64,000 bases of DNA from a virus (taxonomy: Duplodnaviria > Heunggongvirae > Uroviricota > Caudoviricetes). The translations under genes were made by a program, and so were the position numbers. The notes beneath the pieces were generated by a model that saw only the letters and a program-made list of their open reading frames with translations, was not told where the DNA came from and searched no databases. The stretch lies in IMG/VR virus record IMGVR_UViG_3300010218_000003, positions 2,124 through 66,123 of that record; one strand, written 5' to 3'. Positions 27,807-36,660 of the stretch are shown piece after piece. Each line of letters begins with the position of its first letter. The first letter of the stretch is position 1.

Positions 27807-28009
27807 CTCACTTCTTTGCAGTCTTGCCTGTCTTAACAGGCTTACCGGTCATGATCTTGCGCGCGCGCTCTTTGCGCTGTTCGGCATTCTCTCGAATGCC
27901 ATCGGGGCGACTCATTGGTCCTGGCATTTGCACCTCCTTCTACTTTTTACGGTAGAAGGAGTTTAGTCGTATCGCATCGGTATGATGCTTCCTTTCACTA
28001 TCACGTGGG

Positions 28010-28076
28010 GGCGGACCCTGATTCGAACAGGAATACGAGATTATGAGCCTCGCGTGATACCGTTTCACTAATCCGC
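28010..28076 (-). tRNA. compact tRNA with CAT anticodon (Met/Ile2-type), paralog of next
   Basis: D-arm GTGA-AACGGTA-TCAC, stem CGAGG/TCTCG, loop CTCATAA; short T-stem. Confidence 0.55.
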
Positions 28077-28081
28077 TTTGT

Positions 28082-28151
28082 AGCTCAGCCGGGACTCGAA
28101 CCCGAAATACTTCGTTATGAGCGAAGCGTGATAGCCGTTTCACTACCGAGC
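28082..28151 (-). tRNA. compact tRNA with CAT anticodon (Met/Ile2-type)
   Basis: D-arm GTGA-AACGGCTA-TCAC, perfect stem CTTCG/CGAAG, loop CTCATAA. Confidence 0.6.
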
Positions 28152-28210
28152 CATTGCCCTTTCGGGCTTCTGTAGTAATTACTCTACAGGATCAAGCAGC
28201 GCTTGTCAAA

Positions 28211-29005
28211 TCAGACGACCAGACCAGCCTGACGCATTGCATCAATCGCTGACGGAACTTCCTCCGTCATGGCCTTGTTGAAATCGTCATCGCTGACACG
28301 AGAAGCGTTACGGATGTGCTGAGCGTCGGTGTTGTCGAAGAGACGACGACCAGGCTCGTGCTTCTCAAGATCGTCAAGGTACTCAACGAACCTCTTGCCC
28401 TGCGGGTCATCACCAACAAGGACAATCTTGATGAAGATCGGATACTCGCTCATTTCAGCAATCAGGTTGATTACTGCCTGCTGATCGTTCGGTGCACCAT
28501 CGGTGACAATGAACAGATAAACAGGGTTGTCGGCACCCTTAGCAACCTCGAAAGCCTCTCGGAGACCAGCCGCAAGGTCAGTGCCTCCCCAGCAGCCCCA
28601 AGTAGATGCACAGCCCATGACATTGGTAAGGTCGATCTCACCATGCCACTGGAAGCCATTAGCGAAACCACCGACAGGAGCCATACCGTCAGCATCTACA
28701 CCGGCCGTCCATGCAAGGACTCGCTCGGTGATGGTCTGAACAGTTCCATTGGCGAACAGGTAATCCATTGAGTAGGACTCGTCCACCAGGCCGATTACGT
28801 CGAATCGATTTGCTACGCCAGCTTCCTTCTGGAGCTTAACAGCGCTGTCAACCTTCTTCTCGAAGCTCACACCATTCTGCTTGATCAGACTGACATTCGC
28901 AGCAGGCTGACCAGAAACGATCGGCGTAAGCGTTACAGTCTTCTTGGCTGAAAGGTTCTGAGCCGGAACGAAGGTCGGCTTAATCTTACGGGAAAGGAAT
29001 CCCAT
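28211..29005 (-). CDS. von Willebrand factor A (vWA) domain protein
   Basis: MIDAS DESYSM plus downstream T and D residues. Confidence 0.8.
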   Translation of the reverse strand: MGFLSRKIKPTFVPAQNLSAKKTVTLTPIVSGQPAANVSLIKQNGVSFEKKVDSAVKLQKEAGVANRFDVIGLVDESYSMDYLFANGTVQTITERVLAWTAGVDADGMAPVGGFANGFQWHGEIDLTNVMGCASTWGCWGGTDLAAGLREAFEVAKGADNPVYLFIVTDGAPNDQQAVINLIAEMSEYPIFIKIVLVGDDPQGKRFVEYLDDLEKHEPGRRLFDNTDAQHIRNASRVSDDDFNKAMTEEVPSAIDAMRQAGLVV

Positions 29006-29227
29006 GGTGCTCCTTGAATAGGAATTTGATATTAGAAAGCGGGGAACTTGTTAGTCGTCGTTCCTCTATGAGGTTAGCATACTCAACGTTCCCCGCTTGT
29101 GTCAACAGGACTGGTCAGCCACTCGCATCCCACCGGCTTGTTTCATCCGCCTAAGCCTTGTCCGCTGTGTCCTGTTAACAGTATGACATGCCAGTCTGGC
29201 TATGTCAATAACCTCTTGGAGAGGTTG

Positions 29228-29300
29228 CCCCTCTGGAGGGATTCGAACCCCCAACCAACGACTTCGAAGACCGCTGCGCTATCCGTTGCGCCACAGAGGG
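29228..29300 (-). tRNA. tRNA, probable Arg (anticodon TCG), weak anticodon stem
   Basis: acceptor CCCTCTG/CAGAGGG, D GCGC/GCGC, loop CTTCGAA. Confidence 0.55.
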
Positions 29301-29308
29301 ATAAGGCA

Positions 29309-29467
29309 TTACGCCTTTTTCAAATGATTTTCGTGAACGTAGAATGTTCCAGAGTTTGTTCTTACAATGTAGGTCTTGCCTCCAGGAGACTTCCCTTCAA
29401 CTATGCCCGACTTACCTTTGTTCGGACCTTCGGTTATCTTCACTATATCATTCGTTTTATATGCCAC
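29309..29467 (-). CDS. small KOW-like protein (52 aa, GTG start)
   Basis: manual ORF (M)AYKTNDIVKITEGPNKGKSGIVEG...; ends 2 nt from tRNA-Lys. Confidence 0.4.
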   Translation of the reverse strand: MAYKTNDIVKITEGPNKGKSGIVEGKSPGGKTYIVRTNSGTFYVHENHLKKA

Positions 29468-29468
29468 G

Positions 29469-29543
29469 TGATTCCTCTCGGACTCGAACCGAGGACCACA
29501 ACAGATTAAAAGTCTGGTGCTCTACCAACTGAGCTAAGGAATC
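29469..29543 (-). tRNA. tRNA-Lys (anticodon TTT)
   Basis: acceptor GATTCCT/AGGAATC, D GCTC/GAGC, loop CTTTTAA. Confidence 0.85.
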
Positions 29544-29551
29544 ATGGGGCC

Positions 29552-29722
29552 TCAGCCACCGAACTGGCGCTTGAGTTCCCTGTTACGAAATTGCATCTTG
29601 CCGTATCCGTCAACATCAACATTTACATGCGTATCGTTGACGATCTCGACAACCTTTCCACTGTACTTGTTATCGTTGGACTTTACCTTGTCCCCGATTT
29701 TCCATACCTTGTTGTTAGCCAT
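29552..29722 (-). CDS. small KOW-like protein (start at MANNKVW)
   Basis: GGGGAG RBS; KIGDKVKS..GKVVEI motif. Confidence 0.5.
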   Translation of the reverse strand: MANNKVWKIGDKVKSNDNKYSGKVVEIVNDTHVNVDVDGYGKMQFRNRELKRQFGG

Positions 29723-29906
29723 AGCTCCCCAGAGTATTGAATAAATGTTGGCTGGTGGTCTCATCCCTTGTGCCTACTACAATCGCCACACTGTAGCGGT
29801 ACTCCCACCTGGCGGCCCTTCCCTTGTCTGCGCCGCTTCTATGCCGGACTAGCTTACACAGGCTTCTGGGCTAGTCGTGGGGCGTGTGCTTGCCTGCTTC
29901 CAAACG

Positions 29907-29980
29907 TGATCCAGGTGAGACTCGAACTCACATTCACAAGGGTTAAGAGCCCATTGCACAGCCAATTGTGCGACTGGATC
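29907..29980 (-). tRNA. tRNA-Lys (anticodon CTT)
   Basis: acceptor GATCCAG/CTGGATC, D GCAC/GTGC, loop CTCTTAA. Confidence 0.8.
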
Positions 29981-30052
29981 ATAAGAGAGGGCTAGACAGC
30001 AGGGTTTTATTATGTACCCTCGCCTTTTCCACTCAATTACACCATGTTGTTT

Positions 30053-30106
30053 CACCAGAGGGAATCGAACCCCAACATGATTGAGCAAGTTTGCAACCTT
30101 GCTTTG
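30053..30106 (-). ncRNA. truncated tRNA-Cys-like element (GCAAG/CTTGC stem, 8-nt loop GTTGCAAA, T-arm; no D-arm/acceptor pairing)
   Basis: TGGGG-TTCGATT-CCCTC T-arm; abuts tRNA-Lys. Confidence 0.3.
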
Positions 30107-30179
30107 TACTCCGACACGGACTCGAACCGTGGACCTGATGATTAAGAGTCAACTGCTCTACCAACTGAGCTACCGGAGC
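30107..30179 (-). tRNA. tRNA-Lys (anticodon CTT), second copy
   Basis: acceptor GCTCCGG/TCGGAGT (2 GU), D GCTC/GAGC, loop CTCTTAA. Confidence 0.75.
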
Positions 30180-30441
30180 TTGTGTAACCTCACCAATGAG
30201 TGCCAACTTCATCAGCGGTTACTCCTATTAGGCTAGGCTTGAGGCTTAGCGCATAGCGCGTCAGTTCCTCCATAAAAGCTAGGTCGGGGTGACTAACCCT
30301 TCGCCGCATAAGAACCATGCTAGCACATGTAGTCTGTTCTTTGCAAGGGGTATACACGGGCTATTACCTTGCACCCAATATCAGCCTGCTAGAGCTGACC
30401 CGCATGGTTACTATCACCTCTGTGAAGAACCATTAAAAGAG

Positions 30442-30514
30442 TGGAGAAGATGGGACTCGAACCCACAACCTTCTGCATGCCATGCAGATGCTCTTCCAAT
30501 TGAGCTACAACCCC
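30442..30514 (-). tRNA. tRNA-Ala (anticodon GGC), G3-U70 present, two U-U mismatches in acceptor
   Basis: D GCTC-AATTGGAA-GAGC, stem TCTGC/GCAGA, loop ATGGCAT. Confidence 0.65.
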
Positions 30515-30757
30515 AGGGCCTTTCGGCCTTACTTCGCTTCCCATTCTGTGATCTCAGCGTACTTGAACTTCTCTCCGCTGTCAACAAACTTCTTGGCTTT
30601 CTCTTCGGTTGAAAAGACTTCCAAGATTTCTTCGCCACAGCAGCAGATGTCCGTCGTTACGATCCAGACCTTCATTTGACCTCCAGTGTAGTGTACTCCA
30701 AGACGCTCACTGTCGATCTGTTAACTACTCTACCCTCACCGGGCCGATCTGTCAACG

Positions 30758-30829
30758 TGTCCCCACCCGGATTCGAACCGGGATTAGTTGCTTAGGAGGC
30801 AACCGTTCTGTCCATTAAACTATGGAGAC
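30758..30829 (-). tRNA. tRNA-Arg (anticodon CCT)
   Basis: acceptor GTCTCCA/TGGGGAC, loop CTCCTAA, T-arm CCCGG-TTCGAAT-CCGGG. Confidence 0.85.
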
Positions 30830-30848
30830 TAGGCCCGAAGGCCGATGA

Positions 30849-31238
30849 TCAGCCTCGCACCTGACGGCGCTCGACCACACCAAACTTACGATTCCCTGAA
30901 ACCTTCTCGATCTTGATTCCAGTTGAAGAGATGAATGAGATCTGATACACATTCTTCTCAATCGGGTCCTTCTTGCACTCAGACACCTGACCAAGAACAG
31001 TCATGTCACCAGGACGAAGGGCAGATGCCTTCTTGTCGCCAGGCTTCATAGGCTTATTCTTCATGTCCTTGCCCTGAGCGTAAAGATACTTTACACCGGC
31101 TCGGAATGCAGGGTAGCCCTTTTCCTTGGAAAACTTCCAGGCAGCCTCAGCGGCTACGCGCTTCCAAGACTTGCCAGCAGCGACCTCAGCCTCAGCTTCG
31201 CCCGCAATTTCCTTGGCAATGTCGTCTTCGATGCTCAA
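30849..31238 (-). CDS. hypothetical protein with KOW-like C-terminus
   Basis: 129 aa. Confidence 0.5.
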   Translation of the reverse strand: MSIEDDIAKEIAGEAEAEVAAGKSWKRVAAEAAWKFSKEKGYPAFRAGVKYLYAQGKDMKNKPMKPGDKKASALRPGDMTVLGQVSECKKDPIEKNVYQISFISSTGIKIEKVSGNRKFGVVERRQVRG

Positions 31239-31241
31239 TTT

Positions 31242-31445
31242 TTATCCTTTGTTAGTCCGAACGATCTTATACTTTTTAATGTAAACGTTCTCGCTCTGTT
31301 CTGCAATCGTTAGCTGAACAGTGTTGTTAGTCCATAGTAGCTGATTGGCGACGATCCGTCCATATGATGTTACGTCACCAGGCTTTAGATTCTTAGCAAA
31401 CTTAAGCATGCACGGCTCCTTTAATTGTGTACTAAAGGATACCAT
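31242..31445 (-). CDS. small KOW-like protein
   Basis: 67 aa; LKPGDVTSYGRIV. Confidence 0.45.
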   Translation of the reverse strand: MVSFSTQLKEPCMLKFAKNLKPGDVTSYGRIVANQLLWTNNTVQLTIAEQSENVYIKKYKIVRTNKG

Positions 31446-31518
31446 ACTTTCTGCTTGCTCGCTTAGTTACTACTGTACTAGAGGCAAGGAGTGGTGTCAA
31501 CATCTCTCACACCGGGCC

Positions 31519-31553
31519 TCTAACTGCCAAAAGCCGCCCCGAGGGGCGGCATG
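31519..31553 (-). terminator. rho-independent terminator after SPFH gene
   Basis: GCCGCCCC-GA-GGGGCGGC hairpin followed by TTTT on minus strand. Confidence 0.65.
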
Positions 31554-31556
31554 ACA

Positions 31557-32429
31557 TTACTTGTTGGTGACGGTGAACGGAACGCCCAGGTTGCCACAGC
31601 CGAAGCCAGCGGCAGGAGCCGGACCGTTCTTCTTGACATCCCACTTATCCATGACAGTCAGGCACTTATCTGCCAGACCACCTTCGGAAAGGTTACCAGC
31701 CTTCTGCTTGATCTTAAGCGTCTCAGCATCGATCTTTGCACGCTCTTGCTCAGCCTTTGCGCGCTCAATATCGTTGTTAGCCTGGACGATCTTGTCTAGA
31801 GAAGACTGAGTACGGTCGTCAAGCTTGATATCCTTAATGCTGATGGAGTCGATCTTAATTCCATCGTCAGTAAGGGTCGCAGCCAGATCTGCTTCTACCT
31901 CACGAGTGATCTCACGAACATTCTCACGAGCCTCATTCGGAGTGTAACCAGTAAGCACAGCTCGGAAGGAATCCTTCACTGAGGAACGTACAAGCTGCTC
32001 CTGAACATTGTCAAAAGTCTTGTACTTGTTCCAGAGCTTACCAGCAGAATCCTCGTCAATCTTCCAACGAGGAGTCGCAAAGACAACACCACGACCGCCG
32101 CCCTTAAAGGTAACAGGTGCTCCATCGGACCACTTCTCGCCATCAAGGTCAAGGTACTGAATACGGGTGGTAAAGTCTTCGTGCTCTGTCCACGGAGCCG
32201 TTAGCTGGAAGCCACTGTGAAGTGTTCCCTGGTATCGGTTAAATGAAGTCTGGATACCAACGCTACGACTATCAACGCTAGTGATGGACCAAATCAATGA
32301 TACAGCACCTAGCACCGCTACGCCACCAACAGCTACTAGTACACCTAGCTTATCCCTAGTGAAGAGGAATGTTCCTACACCGCCGAGGATAACAACCATC
32401 ATGATGATGGCGAATACCAGATATGCCAT
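31557..32429 (-). CDS. SPFH/band-7 (prohibitin/HflK-like) membrane protein
   Basis: N-terminal TM segment + SPFH-like core + coiled-coil tail; 290 aa. Confidence 0.7.
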   Translation of the reverse strand: MAYLVFAIIMMVVILGGVGTFLFTRDKLGVLVAVGGVAVLGAVSLIWSITSVDSRSVGIQTSFNRYQGTLHSGFQLTAPWTEHEDFTTRIQYLDLDGEKWSDGAPVTFKGGGRGVVFATPRWKIDEDSAGKLWNKYKTFDNVQEQLVRSSVKDSFRAVLTGYTPNEARENVREITREVEADLAATLTDDGIKIDSISIKDIKLDDRTQSSLDKIVQANNDIERAKAEQERAKIDAETLKIKQKAGNLSEGGLADKCLTVMDKWDVKKNGPAPAAGFGCGNLGVPFTVTNK

Positions 32430-32457
32430 TTGTTTCCTTTGTTAGCCATTGTTGGAG

Positions 32458-32530
32458 CTGACCTAACAGGACTCGAACCTGTACCAGATTGGGTAACAAC
32501 CAACCGCTCTGCCAATTAAGCTATAGGCCA
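32458..32530 (-). tRNA. tRNA-Asn (anticodon GTT)
   Basis: acceptor TGGCCTA/TAGGTCA, D GCTT/GAGC, loop TTGTTAC. Confidence 0.75.
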
Positions 32531-32730
32531 TAGTCGGATGCAGCACTCCCTCTTTGAGCGAGGTCTCTTGCTCTAAGCTGTCCGTCAGCTTTTTAACTCT
32601 TGCACGACCACCTTCAACGGCTTCCTCTTAGGTGGGTATGGCCGCTAAGCCATTCTTCATCTCCGCTCCCAAGATTTAAAAAGCCGTAAAACCAAGGGTA
32701 CACGAGAGAATCTACGTGCTGTGAGTTAAG

Positions 32731-32898
32731 TCAGTCAGGAATAACGATATACTGTGGCTTCTGGAGAGCCCACTGGCCTCCGTCAATCTTAAACCAAACC
32801 CAGATTTCGTTATTCGCCACTACAGCCTCTTCACGATAGAGGCCCTTCCAGGTGGGAACACCTTCGATGTTGAGAAGCCAAGCTTCGATCTCGTTCAT
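32731..32898 (-). CDS. hypothetical small protein (55 aa)
   Basis: manual ORF MNEIEAWLLNIEGVPTW... Confidence 0.35.
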   Translation of the reverse strand: MNEIEAWLLNIEGVPTWKGLYREEAVVANNEIWVWFKIDGGQWALQKPQYIVIPD

Positions 32899-33065
32899 GT
32901 TTCCATCCTAGTGTCTGATAGCTAGTGTGTCAAGTGGTTGGCCGGTGCAGGGCTTGTCTCCCTGTTTCGCATCTACTCTCACGTAAGCCTGTTCTAGAAT
33001 ACTTACGCTACCATCCATGCATATCCTTGCCCAGAGTAGCTATCTCTCCAAGCTTTGGCGGCCAG

Positions 33066-33141
33066 CTCCGGTGGCAGGAATCGAACCTGCTGGGTGACGA
33101 GTTAACAGCTCGTTGCAACTGCCAAAAGTTGCCCCACCGGA
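33066..33141 (-). tRNA. tRNA-Asn (anticodon GTT), second copy
   Basis: acceptor TCCGGTG/CACCGGA, perfect stem ACGAG/CTCGT, loop CTGTTAA. Confidence 0.85.
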
Positions 33142-33163
33142 ATAGCCCTTACGGGCGTTGTAC

Positions 33164-33382
33164 TTATGGTAGCAGAAGATCAGTCACGAAGTCAATCACT
33201 CCGTCGATGATGCCACCAACAGAATCTCCGCTTGACTTGCCCCTGCTTGTAGTACCTACTCTAGCAGATCGGCAGCTCTTACACAAGGCCCTCGCGTTGC
33301 CGGTCGTTCCGAAATCACTGTTAGGCTTGTCCTTCTTACAGCCCAGGCAGTTCTTCTTCATATCGTTGGTCCATTCCAACAT
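33164..33382 (-). CDS. small Cys-rich protein
   Basis: 72 aa. Confidence 0.4.
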   Translation of the reverse strand: MLEWTNDMKKNCLGCKKDKPNSDFGTTGNARALCKSCRSARVGTTSRGKSSGDSVGGIIDGVIDFVTDLLLP

Positions 33383-33926
33383 AGGTTAGATCACCAGGAG
33401 TGACCTTCTGAGGTAGTCTACCATCTTCAAACAGATGCACGCCAGCTCTCTTGTAAACTTCATCTGCTAGCTGGGAACAGATCATGTGCTTAGTAGAAGC
33501 AACATAGTCTTCCAGACGCTTCCACTTGACACCGAATCTCTCCAGAGAAAGAGCAACGTAGTCAAGGAAGCTGTAAGGCGTTCCTACGAGCTGTCTAGCT
33601 TCCTCTACGATACGTGCTCGCTGCTCTGCTGTCAACTTGATGTCGAGGTAGGCAGCTAGAGGGCTACCATACTTGGTAGTTCCTTCATACTTAGACAGAG
33701 GACTGATGATCGCTCCGCCTGGCATGGCTTCGATGACTTCGTTGTTGTCCAATACGACAAACACGTGGGTGTATCGGCTTGCGTCTCTAATGATAAATTG
33801 ACCTAGACCTACTAGGACTCCTGTGAGACCACCAATACGAGTGAGCCCAATGTCACCGGGCCTTGGTGTGTACTTCTTTGGTGTAGTCATACAAACTATT
33901 GTAACATAAAAAGAAACCCTATCCAC
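33336..33926 (-). CDS. possible permuted papain-fold peptidase (YiiX/C92-like)
   Basis: 196 aa; conserved GDIG...H.F and C-S-QL segment; weak. Confidence 0.45.
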   Translation of the reverse strand: MDRVSFYVTIVCMTTPKKYTPRPGDIGLTRIGGLTGVLVGLGQFIIRDASRYTHVFVVLDNNEVIEAMPGGAIISPLSKYEGTTKYGSPLAAYLDIKLTAEQRARIVEEARQLVGTPYSFLDYVALSLERFGVKWKRLEDYVASTKHMICSQLADEVYKRAGVHLFEDGRLPQKVTPGDLTYVGMDQRYEEELPGL

Positions 33927-33946
33927 AAGGGATAGGGTGGTTTATG

Positions 33947-34021
33947 TACTCCAGGTCGGATTTGAACCGACATCCACACGGATTAAGAGTCCGTTGCACG
34001 ACCAGATTGTGCGACTGGAGC
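33947..34021 (-). tRNA. tRNA-Lys (anticodon CTT), third copy
   Basis: acceptor GCTCCAG/CTGGAGT, D GCAC/GTGC, perfect stem ACGGA/TCCGT, loop CTCTTAA. Confidence 0.8.
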
Positions 34022-34178
34022 AAGTGCTGGTCCCTAACCCTCGGGCAAAGGATACGATGGGGTTCGTATCGGCCAGCCAATTCTATTACAGAATCCAAAT
34101 AATGAGTAGTACGATGAGTACCACAGCTAGAACAGTTCCTAGTGGATACATTTTACCACCTCCTGCGCAGGAAGTTGT

Positions 34179-34250
34179 GGACAATAGGGGACTCGAACCC
34201 CTCCTATCTGCTTGCAAAACAGACGTGCTTCCACTAACACTAATCGCCCA
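34179..34250 (-). tRNA. tRNA-Ala (anticodon TGC), G3-U70
   Basis: acceptor GGGCGAT/ATTGTCC, loop TTTGCAA, T-arm AGGGG-TTCGAGT-CCCCT. Confidence 0.85.
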
Positions 34251-34570
34251 TTGGCCTTTCAGCCATCAGCCTCTGTGATCCTGCATGTTTCACAGCTTGG
34301 CATTGGTACTACTGTACCAGGTCCAACCTCTACTGTCAACTCTGTAGTTGCTGGTTCTGGACAGAATGTACACTTGAGTAAGAACTCTACATCTTGAACC
34401 ATGTTAGAGATCGTATTGAAATCAAGACTCAAGGATCTCAACTTCTACATCTTTAACATCTAGTCCGCAGAACTCTCCAACATCAAATGCATCGCGGACT
34501 GCTTCTCTTGCATCTGACTCATCGGGTGCTTCCACTGTAACCAATAGGCTTACAGCTACTTCGTATGTAT

Positions 34571-34756
34571 TCATGGCTCCATTGTATCACCATCTAGGTC
34601 GGCGTCAATCTCCGCCGCCTTCATGTGTACATAGAGATCATAGTTGTATTCACGAAGAACATCCCAATTGATCTTTATCAGAGCTTCGCCATTTGACTCT
34701 ACGCCATGATGCTCAATGACACCGGCTAGAAACAGCTCAGTCATCGTTACAGGCAT
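34571..34756 (-). CDS. hypothetical protein
   Basis: 61 aa. Confidence 0.4.
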   Translation of the reverse strand: MPVTMTELFLAGVIEHHGVESNGEALIKINWDVLREYNYDLYVHMKAAEIDADLDGDTMEP

Positions 34757-34776
34757 GCTGCCTCCAATGTAGAAAG

Positions 34777-34849
34777 TACCCCGGACAGGAATCGAACCTG
34801 CCTATAACTGTTTAGAAGACAGCCGCGTTATCCACTACGCTACCGGGGC
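34777..34849 (-). tRNA. tRNA-Arg (anticodon TCT)
   Basis: acceptor GCCCCGG/CCGGGGT, D GCGT/ACGC, loop CTTCTAA. Confidence 0.85.
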
Positions 34850-34854
34850 AAGAG

Positions 34855-34925
34855 TCCCGCAGACGAGAATCGAACTCGCGCCACAACCTTGGCAAGGTCG
34901 CATGATACCATTTCACCACTGCGGA
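34855..34925 (-). tRNA. tRNA-Gly (anticodon GCC)
   Basis: acceptor TCCGCAG/CTGCGGG, loop TTGCCAA, T-arm GCGAG-TTCGATT-CTCGT. Confidence 0.8.
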
Positions 34926-34956
34926 TTGCTGAATAAGCCTATGCGCCATACACTAA

Positions 34957-35060
34957 CCCGGGAAACACGGAATCGAACCGTTCCTGACTTATTCATTGTG
35001 GTCCCTGACGGTATCGCACCGACCTCTAAAGCTTTTCAGGCTATCGCTAATCTATCTCAG
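34957..35060 (-). ncRNA. unassigned structured element with tRNA T-arm (AACGG-TTCGATT-CCGTG) and long hairpins
   Basis: no foldable acceptor/D arms; lies in 1-kb noncoding tRNA region. Confidence 0.25.
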
Positions 35061-35209
35061 CTAAAGGACCAAGCACGGTTTAATTATGAGGAAAACCGTG
35101 AAAGACTCTCACCTTATTGGTAGACGGACCTAGCTAGGCACCTTTCCCGAATGCCCTTCGGGCCTGCGCAAGCCCTAGGGGACCTACATCGGATCGTCAT
35201 CTCAGGCTA

Positions 35210-35290
35210 GCGGAGCGACGGGATTCGAACCCGCAACTGCTACTCTGTTACCTACTAACAGCGTAAGTGCTGCTTTCGGCATTGCATTTC
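35210..35290 (-). ncRNA. tRNA-like element with aberrant body (6-bp CTGTTA/TAACAG hairpin, 5-nt loop)
   Basis: GCGGG-TTCGAAT-CCCGT T-arm and CGCTCCG 3' end, no 5' acceptor partner. Confidence 0.25.
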
Positions 35291-35371
35291 GCCGTTTGAC
35301 CTATTAAACTACACCCCTCATATCAGGAGCGACCTGATATGCATTTGACGGCATCGCGTTTACCATCAAAG

Positions 35372-35452
35372 TAGGCCCGGTGAGACTCGAACTCACAATC
35401 CTTTCGGCACCAGTTCCTAAGACTGGCGTGTATACCATTCCACCACGAGCCC
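35372..35452 (-). tRNA. tRNA-Leu (anticodon TAG), long variable arm
   Basis: acceptor GGGCTCG/CGGGCCT, perfect stem CCAGT/ACTGG, loop CTTAGGA. Confidence 0.85.
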
Positions 35453-35464
35453 ATCAATTATACG

Positions 35465-35538
35465 TACGCCCGGTCGGATTCGAACCGACACTACCAAGGG
35501 TCTAAGCCTTGTGCCTCCTGCCGTTGGGCTACGAGCGC
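35465..35538 (-). tRNA. tRNA with anticodon TAG (Leu codon CUA) but short variable arm (class I)
   Basis: acceptor GCGCTCG/CGGGCGT, perfect stem CAAGG/CCTTG, loop CTTAGAC, A73. Confidence 0.7.
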
Positions 35539-35559
35539 ATACGATGAATATATCATCTG

Positions 35560-35640
35560 TGGATCTGGTGGGAGTCGAACCCACTATCCGTTACCGTTCC
35601 ATTGTCGGCTTTCAGTAACGTCACACCTGTCAGACCCAAA
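35560..35640 (-). ncRNA. tRNA-like element with aberrant body (CGTTAC/GTAACG long hairpin)
   Basis: GTGGG-TTCGACT-CCCAC T-arm; no acceptor pairing. Confidence 0.25.
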
Positions 35641-35745
35641 TTTGACGGAGAGTCCGGCTTCGACCCCGGCATAAGGTTGGTGAGACCTTGATGTAAAACG
35701 TTCCTACTGAGTGACCAACTTTTCGGAACTCTTAACTCTCCTGCG

Positions 35746-35818
35746 TACGGGTGAGAGGACTCGAACCTCCGATTACCTGCTTGTAAGGCAGGAGCCTTTG
35801 CCGCTAGACGACACCCGC
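35746..35818 (-). tRNA. tRNA-Val (anticodon TAC)
   Basis: acceptor GCGGGTG/CACCCGT, stem CCTGC/GCAGG, loop CTTACAA. Confidence 0.85.
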
Positions 35819-35894
35819 ATAATGGCACTTTCAGACGCACTAGTAACGCCTTGATAGTATTTAACTTGCGCATCAGACAGGACCACTTTATACG

Positions 35895-35969
35895 TACCCC
35901 GTGTCGGATTCGAACCGACGTTCACACGGATTGAAAGTCCGGTATCCTAAACCACTAGACCAACGGGGC
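35895..35969 (-). tRNA. tRNA-Glu (anticodon TTC)
   Basis: acceptor GCCCCGT/ACGGGGT, D GTCT-AGTGGTTTAGG, loop CTTTCAA. Confidence 0.85.
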
Positions 35970-35986
35970 ATTGCCCTTACGGGCTG

Positions 35987-36226
35987 TCAGATTGACTGAC
36001 CAGAATCCCAGCGTTCACCATCACACATGAAGTAATCAGAGTGATCGCCGTGAATTTCTTCTGCGAACGGATCAGGACCCCAAGTCTGTATGCCATCGCA
36101 TACCATGCTGTAGTCTTCCCGTTCGTATCCCCAAGCCTTGCTCTTGTAAGGCGGAATATCGTACTTTCCGCAGAACTGGCACTGCTCGTCTTCTGTGTAC
36201 AGTTTGCTGTACTTATCGTAATTCAT
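35987..36226 (-). CDS. hypothetical Cys-rich protein (start at MNYDKYS)
   Basis: ORF track trimmed. Confidence 0.45.
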   Translation of the reverse strand: MNYDKYSKLYTEDEQCQFCGKYDIPPYKSKAWGYEREDYSMVCDGIQTWGPDPFAEEIHGDHSDYFMCDGERWDSGQSI

Positions 36227-36268
36227 CGTACCTCCTCGTGTCAACATCTCTTGTGACTTCGTGAGGAT

Positions 36269-36520
36269 TTACTCTGGCTTACTTGTACTACTGTAGCTTG
36301 GTTGAACTATTCTGTCAAGTGGCTTCCTGCACTCAGGGCCACCGGGCGCGTTTACCCATTCCATGTTCTTACCAACACAAGCTTTCATCTTGCTTGTTTC
36401 ATTGCCCTCAGCGATACATCCCATTAACAGTACGCTTGCTAGTAGTGCGCCTATAATTCCACTAAGAATGGCCACTACTAATCTTGCTTCTATCTGGGTT
36501 GGTATCTTTGGTGCTGGCAC
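36269..36520 (-). CDS. small membrane protein
   Basis: 83 aa. Confidence 0.45.
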   Translation of the reverse strand: MPAPKIPTQIEARLVVAILSGIIGALLASVLLMGCIAEGNETSKMKACVGKNMEWVNAPGGPECRKPLDRIVQPSYSSTSKPE

Positions 36521-36521
36521 G

Positions 36522-36597
36522 TACCCCGAACGGGATTTGAACCCGTGATTTCCAGATTGAGAGTCTGGCGGATTGGACCGGACTATCCTACCGGGGC
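36522..36597 (-). tRNA. tRNA-Glu (anticodon CTC)
   Basis: acceptor GCCCCGG/TCGGGGT, D GGAT/ATCC, perfect stem CCAGA/TCTGG, loop CTCTCAA, T-loop TTCAAAT. Confidence 0.8.
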
Positions 36598-36660
36598 ATG
36601 AACGGATTTAGCGCTCCGTTCTGCGCTGTATAGCTAGTCTATCTGAACTGACCTAACCTG

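Noticed and set aside
29099-29509. Plus-strand ORFs overlapping minus-strand tRNA genes (also 29768..29995, 30289..30612, 32925..33389, 33937..34278, 48234..48464, 49633..49968), with recurring translations such as ..KSPLH.Q..
   Set aside because: They are the antisense of tRNA genes. Their similar peptides reflect tRNA sequence similarity, not coding.
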